Positions 19,632-27,400 of a DNA stretch of 64,000 nt are shown here, in pieces. The notes under the pieces are model-generated. The model made no database searches. It was not told the origin of the DNA and saw nothing but the letters and a program-made list of their open reading frames with translations. Each line of letters begins with the position of its first letter. Position 1 is the stretch's first letter. A program made the translations under genes and the position numbers. This DNA comes from Gammaproteobacteria bacterium (lineage in GTDB: Bacteria > Pseudomonadota > Gammaproteobacteria > JABABF01): the NCBI GenBank assembly GCA_965237805.1, contig OZ250153.1:1312001-1376000 (forward strand), given 5' to 3'.

Positions 19632-22600
19632 TCAGCCGCGCCTGCGAGTTCGCGCAGGCAGTGCTACCAGCGACAGCAAGAGCAAGAGCAACAGCCCCAA
19701 GCTGCTCAGCGCACCCACTGCGCCGCCACTGATGACCACAGCCGGTGTCAGCGTGGCGATGCCGCCCGGGTCGGCCACAGTGCCATTGATCGTGCCGTCG
19801 GCATCGTTGGCACCGCCGTCCACCAGTGTCAGGCGCACACAGTGATGGCCAGCGATCAAGCCCTCCTGATAGACACCGCTACTGTCATCGGGGCTGGGGC
19901 AGCTGCTGTCAGCGCCCAAGGGAGCAGAGTGCAGGGCATTTTTTCCGCTGTGGTCGAAGGGCTGCCAGCCATTGTCGTTTTCGCTGTACTTAATGTAGAC
20001 CGCTGCGGCCGGGATCGCCGCTTGCTGGGGCACTACGACCATCGCTTCGCCGCCGCTCGCGCCGCTGGCATCGCTATCGTCATGCTCCACGCCGCGCAGT
20101 TCGAAGTCATAGATGCCGCCAGCACCGAGAGCAAAGCCCCCCGCAGCCACGCTGTTAAGCAGCACGTCGTCGCTGGGTAGCGCCGCCGCCGCCTCGCCGC
20201 GTTGCTGATAGGCTCGTTCGCTGTACTCGCCCAAGGCGATACTGATGCCAGACTCGGCCGTCAGCACATGCTGTGTGCTCGGTGTTGGGGTGCCCTGTAA
20301 CAAGTGGTGCAAGTCGTGATGCTGGTGGGGGTCGCCGATGCCGTTGCCGTCATGGTCGTGGCGATGCGGCACCGTTGCGCCCTCGGCCACGACATGGAAG
20401 CGGCGGCGCACATCGGTGATGCCGCCGCGGCCATCGTCGATGAGCACTCGGTTAAGGTAGCGCTGATTGAGTTCCAAAGACTGGGGGTTGAAGCTGAAGC
20501 GAGCGACCCAAGCGTCGCCGCTCAGCGTGCCGGTTGACTGAGCACTCATCAGGACGGCACGGCTCGGCAGGGGGCCGAGCAGTTCCCATTGGAAAGTGAT
20601 GGCGTCGCCGTTGGGGTCGTGCGCCCACACGCCGAGCTCGACGGGTGTGGTGCTCTGCGCCACCGAACGCGACGGTGTCGATTCGGCGGGCTGGCGCAGC
20701 TGCACCCCCGCCACGCCGTCGCGCACCACATGCAATACTCGGGGGCGTAGGTTGGTGGCCGCCGGAAGGATTGTCACGCGCAGATTGCGAGACCGGCCAA
20801 ACGCGGCATTGCGGGCACCACTGGCGGCAAAAGTGAAGGACAAAACCACGGGGTTGCCGTCCAAACTGGCGTAAGCAGCTGGCAATTGGAGGGTGATCTC
20901 ACCGCGCCTTCCAGAGCTGATGCTGATCACGCCGGAGCTGGGTAGCACCGTGTGACCGTCGACCCCGAATGGGGCATTGGATGAAGCGCTGACGGTGAAT
21001 GGCAACTCTACCGGGTACGCTGCCGCATCACCGTGGATCAGCACTGGCAAGCGCACGGTTTGTGCCGCGGCGGTGGCGGCCACGCGTAGCCGACGGGCGA
21101 AATTGGCGAATGGTGCTGGGGCTCGCTGTGCACTGGCTGAGCTGCGCACTGAATCGGTATCGACGGTGTCAGCATCCTGCGTTGGCAGCGTTTGCGTGTT
21201 CGGCTGAGCGGTGCCGTGTATTCTCACGAGGTCGTCACCATCATCGCTCACGCTGGCTTGCATGGTGGCGAGCAGGGCGGCATTTGCCCGCAGCGCCAGC
21301 GATTGGCAGTTGTCCCGCGGTGCCAGTGCCGATGTGCCCAAGTCGAGGCAGACTTTGAGTTGGTAGTCGCCAGTGCGCAACGAGGGCAGGGTGCAGCTCT
21401 GTTGTCGGCTGTGCGTGGCACCAGCCGCTAGGGGCGGTACCGCGGTGGCGCCAGCACCGCAGTCCAGCGGTCGCCACCAGCCAGAGCGATAGGTCAAATA
21501 ATAGCTGAGCGTGGCGCTAGCAGTGGCCGCGCTACCCGTGTTCTCCACGCCGAGCTGCAGGCGCAGTGTCAATGCCGACAAAGTCGTCGGCCCGCTGAGG
21601 CTCAGGCGCAGGGCCGATGTCGCCGCGGGGCGAGTCACACTTAAGCGCTGCGAGCATTTGCGCGGTCGCGTGTTCTCACCGGCGGTGCTACAAGCCCATA
21701 GCCGGTAGGAATTGCCGGTGGCGGTGCCCGTTGGCAAGGCGCAATCCAGCTGCCTTTGCAGGCGCTGCCCGGCGGCGACCGAGGACGGAGCCGCGCCGCA
21801 ACTCAGCTCCACGCTGTGCCGCCGCCAACTGTAGCCCTCGTGCTGGGCCGTGCCCGAGCCCCTGTAGCCGCGCCATAAGCCCCAGCGCCCCAACCACTCG
21901 CTGTGCAATTGCAGCTGCCAGAAAGTGCCGCTCAGGTAATACTTGACGGTGATCGGTGTCGCAGTTGCCGAGCCGACATTGGACAAGACTGCCAAGAGTG
22001 GCAAAGATTGCGCGGTGTCGTCCGTTGCCAGTGTCAAAGAGAATGTGGATGGCAGCGCCGCGTCTGTGGCCAGCGGCAGCCAAGAAGATGTGGCGGTGCT
22101 GCCGTCCGTCCGCCAGCCGAGAGCAATACTTAGCTGCGCCACTCCCGTGCCAGTGATGGGCCTGATCGTGGCAGTGCCAGTGCTGGCTATAGGGGTCGTG
22201 GCGGCCAGCTCCAGCGGTAGCGCCGTCGCGCAGTTGTCCCTGAGCCGCTGTTCCCAAGGCACACCCTGTAGGCAGGCCCAAACTCGGTAGCTGCCAGTCG
22301 CGAGGCCGGTCGGTAATTGGCAATCGCGCCGCGCGAGGAGGCCGGCGCCAGCAGCCAATGTGGGCAGTTTGGCAGCGCCGCAGTCGAGCTGCTGGCGCCG
22401 TGCGGATGAGGAGTTGGCGTAGTGCCAGTCCGTGCTGGCGGCATTGCCGTAGCCACCGTGCCGGCTGCGGTGCCAGCCGTGGTTCCGCAAGGCCCGCGCA
22501 CGCTGCCATGGCCGTTGCCAGCGATGCCAGTAGTGCACTCGGTTGGGGGCGATGAAATAACGCAGTTGGCTCGCTGCTGCCAGCGCAGCACCGGTATTCT

Positions 22601-24293
22601 CCGCCGCCAGCCACAGCGACAGCGTGGCACTTGTGCCACTGCTCAGCACTGGCGTTGAGGTGGCCACGATGATGGTGGTGGCCGTCGACGCTGGCAGCCA
22701 GCTGCTAGCCGCCGCCGGTGCACCACTTGCTGCCCAGTAGGCTTCGAGACGCAGATTGGGACGCGCCCCTGCAACCACGCTCAGCGACAGGCGCGCAGAG
22801 CAATTGTCCGCCCGCTGATGCTCCCACGGCACCGCTTGGACGCAGGCCCAGACCGAGTAGCTGCCAGCTGCCAGCCGCGCTGTCGGGACGCAGGATGCCG
22901 CCGCGGAGAAGCTGGCAGCTGTGGGAAGCGACGGCACCGAGCTCGGAGCGCAGGAGCTCAGGTGGATGGAGTGGAGTGCCGGATAGAGGAATCTCCCACG
23001 CCGCCAGCTGCGGTACTCCGGGGCGATGTGGTAGGACAGTGAACTCGCCGCCGCCGTGGCGGTACCAGTGCTTGCCACTGTCAGCGATAGTGACAGCGTC
23101 GCGGTGCTACCGACCGTCAGTGTCAGTGCGGCTGTGTTGCTCGCCGCGCTGGGGATGCTCCATTGCAGCGCGGCAAAACTCAGATTGGGACGCGTGCCCT
23201 CGACCACGCTCAGCGCGAGCTGTGCCGAGCAGTTGTCGGCCCGCTGGCGCTCCCACGGCACTGCCTTGACGCAAGCCCAGATGCGGTAGTCCCCGATATC
23301 CAGACGCGAGGGCAGCTGACAGAGCGCCTGCGCGGAAAAGCGTCCCGCCGCCGCCAGCGCGGGTACAGCCACGGTATCGCAGCTCAAGTGCTTAGCCCAC
23401 GACAGCCGGGTCACCGTGCCTCCCCCCCGCCACCAAGGGCGTGTGTACGTGCGCAGCTGCGCGATCCTATAGCTCAGCGATGTCGACGATGCGGTGGTGG
23501 TGCCGGTGTTATCCACCGCCACCGACAACTCCAGCGTCGTGGCACCACCGGTTGCCAGCGTCAGAGTGTTCGTGCTGTTGGCAACGTTGTTCAGTCGTTG
23601 TAATTGTGTGCGTAGATTTGGCTCCGGTCCTTGGCTCAGCGTCAATGCGATGCTCGCAGAGCAATTTTTGGCACTGCGCCGCCACCATCGCCAGCCGCGG
23701 GCCGACACTTTCGCACAGGCCCACACTTGGTAATTGCCAGCTGTCAGCCTCGTCGGTAGCGAGCAGTCGCCGCGGACACCGAGCTGGGCGGTTGCGGCGA
23801 GGGTTGGTAGCGAGAGGGTGCCACCAGCGCCCGCCACCGTACAAAGCAGGCGGCGGCGGTACCAGCCGCGGTGGTTGCCCGCAGTGCCGGGGCTAGCCGC
23901 TATATAGGTATGCAGCTGAGCTGCGGGGAGGGTGGTCGTGCCCGCATTGCTCACGGCGAACCACAGCGAGACGCTGACCCTGCCGCCAGTGGCAAAAGCC
24001 AGTGTCGAAGTGGTGGTGACCGTGGTGGAGGAAAGCGCTGTCCAAGCGGTCGGGGCGGTGGTGTCCAGCGTCCAGCCCACAGTGGGCTGGGGCGCGGCGG
24101 TGGTGGCCGCGGATGCCAGTGGCGGAGCGAACACGCCCAGCAGCGCGGCCAGCGCCGCCACGCCGAGGGCGCGGCACGGAGTGTGTGGAGGAGGGCTACG
24201 GAAAGGAGGAGGGCGCGACCGGTAGTCGGCACTGTGGGGCAACGGCAAGCGGGGGCGCTGCTGGGCTGGAGGCATGGGCGACATTTGACTCAC
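19632..24293 (-). CDS. Giant secreted protein: six Cys-containing CARDB-like modules with W/R-rich loops, choice-of-anchor-U-like region and GlyGly-CTERM tail
   Basis: Signal peptide; repeated N.G...Y..[loop]..C...C.LP...G.Y.[VI]WAC...NC; LTLVDGGANDADG.ING.VADPG; GGAVG-hydrophobic-RTRRR tail. Start may be ATG 24284. Confidence 0.8.
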   Translation of the reverse strand: MSQMSPMPPAQQRPRLPLPHSADYRSRPPPFRSPPPHTPCRALGVAALAALLGVFAPPLASAATTAAPQPTVGWTLDTTAPTAWTALSSTTVTTTSTLAFATGGRVSVSLWFAVSNAGTTTLPAAQLHTYIAASPGTAGNHRGWYRRRLLCTVAGAGGTLSLPTLAATAQLGVRGDCSLPTRLTAGNYQVWACAKVSARGWRWWRRSAKNCSASIALTLSQGPEPNLRTQLQRLNNVANSTNTLTLATGGATTLELSVAVDNTGTTTASSTSLSYRIAQLRTYTRPWWRGGGTVTRLSWAKHLSCDTVAVPALAAAGRFSAQALCQLPSRLDIGDYRIWACVKAVPWERQRADNCSAQLALSVVEGTRPNLSFAALQWSIPSAASNTAALTLTVGSTATLSLSLTVASTGTATAAASSLSYHIAPEYRSWRRGRFLYPALHSIHLSSCAPSSVPSLPTAASFSAAASCVPTARLAAGSYSVWACVQAVPWEHQRADNCSARLSLSVVAGARPNLRLEAYWAASGAPAAASSWLPASTATTIIVATSTPVLSSGTSATLSLWLAAENTGAALAAASQLRYFIAPNRVHYWHRWQRPWQRARALRNHGWHRSRHGGYGNAASTDWHYANSSSARRQQLDCGAAKLPTLAAGAGLLARRDCQLPTGLATGSYRVWACLQGVPWEQRLRDNCATALPLELAATTPIASTGTATIRPITGTGVAQLSIALGWRTDGSTATSSWLPLATDAALPSTFSLTLATDDTAQSLPLLAVLSNVGSATATPITVKYYLSGTFWQLQLHSEWLGRWGLWRGYRGSGTAQHEGYSWRRHSVELSCGAAPSSVAAGQRLQRQLDCALPTGTATGNSYRLWACSTAGENTRPRKCSQRLSVTRPAATSALRLSLSGPTTLSALTLRLQLGVENTGSAATASATLSYYLTYRSGWWRPLDCGAGATAVPPLAAGATHSRQQSCTLPSLRTGDYQLKVCLDLGTSALAPRDNCQSLALRANAALLATMQASVSDDGDDLVRIHGTAQPNTQTLPTQDADTVDTDSVRSSASAQRAPAPFANFARRLRVAATAAAQTVRLPVLIHGDAAAYPVELPFTVSASSNAPFGVDGHTVLPSSGVISISSGRRGEITLQLPAAYASLDGNPVVLSFTFAASGARNAAFGRSRNLRVTILPAATNLRPRVLHVVRDGVAGVQLRQPAESTPSRSVAQSTTPVELGVWAHDPNGDAITFQWELLGPLPSRAVLMSAQSTGTLSGDAWVARFSFNPQSLELNQRYLNRVLIDDGRGGITDVRRRFHVVAEGATVPHRHDHDGNGIGDPHQHHDLHHLLQGTPTPSTQHVLTAESGISIALGEYSERAYQQRGEAAAALPSDDVLLNSVAAGGFALGAGGIYDFELRGVEHDDSDASGASGGEAMVVVPQQAAIPAAAVYIKYSENDNGWQPFDHSGKNALHSAPLGADSSCPSPDDSSGVYQEGLIAGHHCVRLTLVDGGANDADGTINGTVADPGGIATLTPAVVISGGAVGALSSLGLLLLLLLSLVALPARTRRRG

Positions 24294-24331
24294 CTCATGG
24301 CGGTACCATTCCCCCCCTTAAACACGGGACG

Positions 24332-24360
24332 ACTATAGCCGACGCGGGCTGGTGGTGCAA
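24332..24360 (-). promoter_or_regulatory. Putative sigma70 promoter of the 1553-aa gene
   Basis: Minus strand TTGCAC-N17-TATAGT. Confidence 0.55.
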
Positions 24361-24430
24361 GCTGGGGGGGCTCAGAGCCGGAGACCGGACGGCTACGGGA
24401 GCGCAGGGAGCCCATCCCTGTCAACGCCCC

Positions 24431-27400
24431 CTATGACGTGTCGCGCCTCAAGTGCCGCTTCCCACCATATCGCTGCACGCAATAGGTCACCAGCAACAAC
24501 AAGATGAGCAATGCCCAAGGGTCTATCACGCCACCACCATTTGGCACTGGGGGAGGTGTATCCGCCGTTTGCACGGCCACGGTGCCCGGATCGGCCACTT
24601 GCCCATTTTGAAAGCCATCGGCATCATTGGGGCCACCGTCCACTAAAGTGAGGAGCAGGCAGTCCCGACCTGCGAGCAGCCCCGCACCATAGCTGCTGGC
24701 CTCATCCGGACCGGGGCAAATGCCGTTGGCGGCACTTGCCGATGCCAAGGCATCGGCTCCACTGTCGTCAAAGCGAGCCCAATTGCCAGCCCGATCTTGC
24801 TTGAGATAGAGGGCATTTGAGGGAATGGGGGTGGATAGGGGCAGCACGACGCGGTAGACATCGCTGTCGCCGCCGAGCACTTCAAAGTCATAGACCGCGC
24901 TGCGATCGACAATGTTGAATGTGTCGCTGCCGACGCTCACGCTGCCACCGATCGTAGACAACGCCACGCTCGAGGCGGCTAGCTCGGCGCGCTCTCCCAG
25001 ACGCAATTGGGTGCCCACAGGGGACTGTGCCATGCGTGCCTCGGCAGGGTCGGATGAAATGGGCTGCGCGTTGGGCACATCCACATAGTCGCTCGCGTCA
25101 GGCACGCCGTCCATGTCTTGATCTGATACGCGGTCATCGTCGAGCGCCACCACCTTGAAGCGTTCTGCAACGTGGATGCTGGCATTGTCTGCATCGGTAA
25201 TGATCAGGCTCAGCAGATAGGTCTTGCCAAGCTCCAACGCGGCTGGCGAGAAAGCAAAGGATGCGGAATCGGAGCCGCTGGCTTGGCCACTGAACAGCGC
25301 GCTGCTTCGATTTGGCAGAGGGCCGTTCACCGCAAAGGCAAAGGACAGGGCATCCCCATCCGGGTCTCTTGCCTGCGCCCTGACATCGACCGTGCCAGCG
25401 TCACGTGCCACCTGCTTGGAGGTTGTGTTGGATTGGCTGAGCTGCAACCTGTGGAACGTGGGCTTTAGATTGGCAGCGCCCGTTGGCAACACGCTCACTG
25501 CATGATTGGCGTTGCGTGGGCTTAGCGCCACTTGGGAGCTGAGCCCACTGCTCAATAGCGACAGGCGCACGGTGGCGGCATTGCCATCGGATGGCGAGAA
25601 GCCCGCTTTGATATCGAAAGTGACTGCTCCCAAGTCGCCCTGCGATAGGGTGATGGTGTTTGGTGGCGAGACATTGACCACATCGCTAGCGGACATGTTG
25701 CTGGAAAGCGACAGCGCATACGGTATGGAAACCGGGTAGAACGGGGCATTGCCGCTCAACCGTACCGGCACTTCCACGCTGAGGTTGGCGCTTGATGTTG
25801 GAGCACCGACACGCTGACTAGGCGCAAAGGCAACCAGCGGATGGATGTCCACCACCGATTGCGCCGTACCGACATTGCCAACGGTATCTTGGGCGGTCCA
25901 TGTGATCTGGTGGCGGCCAGACGGCAAACGCATGCGGGCTCCAGCGGCAAAAGACCGTGAAGGTTGCAATCTGTTGCTGGTTGTCCTCAATACGCCCGTG
26001 GGTTGCACCGTGCCATCGCGGGCATCAGCGGCGGTGGCGGACACCACGGCTGCCGTCATGATGCCCTGCGCCGTGAGCGCGCGGTCTGTGGCGGTGATGA
26101 CCGGGGCGATGGTGTCTTTGACCACCGTGGCATAAATGGAAGCTTGGCCAGTTTGCTCTACCGTTATGGTGACATCACCCTCGCCGAGGGCCGACAGATC
26201 AAGAGGGCCCGTGTCCCATGTCCCTGTAGCACAGCTAGGGGTGCCGGTTCTGGACTGACTGCCGAGGCTAATGGAGTAGCTTACTGCCCCCCCAGTTGCG
26301 CAAGACCCAGATAGGCTGTAGCTGGATTGATTGCCGCTATAGATTGCCAGTCGGCATGAGTTATCACATGTTAGGGCTGTAGATTGGTCAATCGTGACGG
26401 TGACCCCCGAGGAGCAGTTGTTGGAGGTGCTAGACTCCCCCATTACTGCATCCACACAAGCCCCGATGTAATAGGTGCTTGGTGTTGCCAATGGGGGGAC
26501 ATCGCATCGTGCGGATTCAAGACTGGTGAGATTGGTGGCAACGCTAGATACCAAGTCTGTACACAATTCAGTGTCTGCTGTTGAAATGCTCGCATCAGTC
26601 GACCACAGGTAGCGCATGATGGTCTCTGCTGCTCTTGTTGTGCCAACGTTCCGTGCTATGGCGTTGATGGTGATGCGATCACCCGCTGCCACGGTAGTGG
26701 GATCGACAGAGACGGAATCCACCGTCCAGTCGGGGGCTCCGCCAACAATGGCTACTCCTTGGGAACAATTGTTGCTGGTGTTCGATTCAACGTTCAATGT
26801 GTCCACACAGGCACCGACGTAATAGGTCGAGCCCGCTGTAACTGATGTCGGTGCTGGGCAGGTCGCAGTTTCAGGACTGGTCTCACCCGCAGCACGGCTT
26901 GTTACGCGGTCTGTACACAATTCAGTATCTGCTGTTGAAATGCTCGTATCGGTGGACCACAGGTAGCGCATAGTGGTCTCCGCTGCCGTTGCTGTGCCCG
27001 AATTTCGTGCTATGGCCTTGATGGTGATGTTGTCTCCTGCAGCCGCGATAGTGGGATTGACCGAGACGGAATCCACCGTCCAGTCGGGGGCGCCGGCACC
27101 ACTCGCCGAGAAGGTGGCTGATATGGATTGGTTGGATTGGATCGTCAGTTGACAGTTGCCCGTGCCAGAACACCCGCCGCCACTCCACCCTGACAAGCTG
27201 GAACCGGCATCTGGGGATCCCGAGAGTTGTATGGAGGTTCCAGCATCGTAGCCATAACAGTTGGTTCCGCAACTAACGCCAGCAGGCGTAGGCGTCACGG
27301 TGCCGTTGCCAATGGCAGTCAGCGTTAATGTATAACGAGCGTTTATGGCCGCGTCATAACTCGCCAAACTGCTTGCGGCGTTCGTCCCGGTGTATACCAC

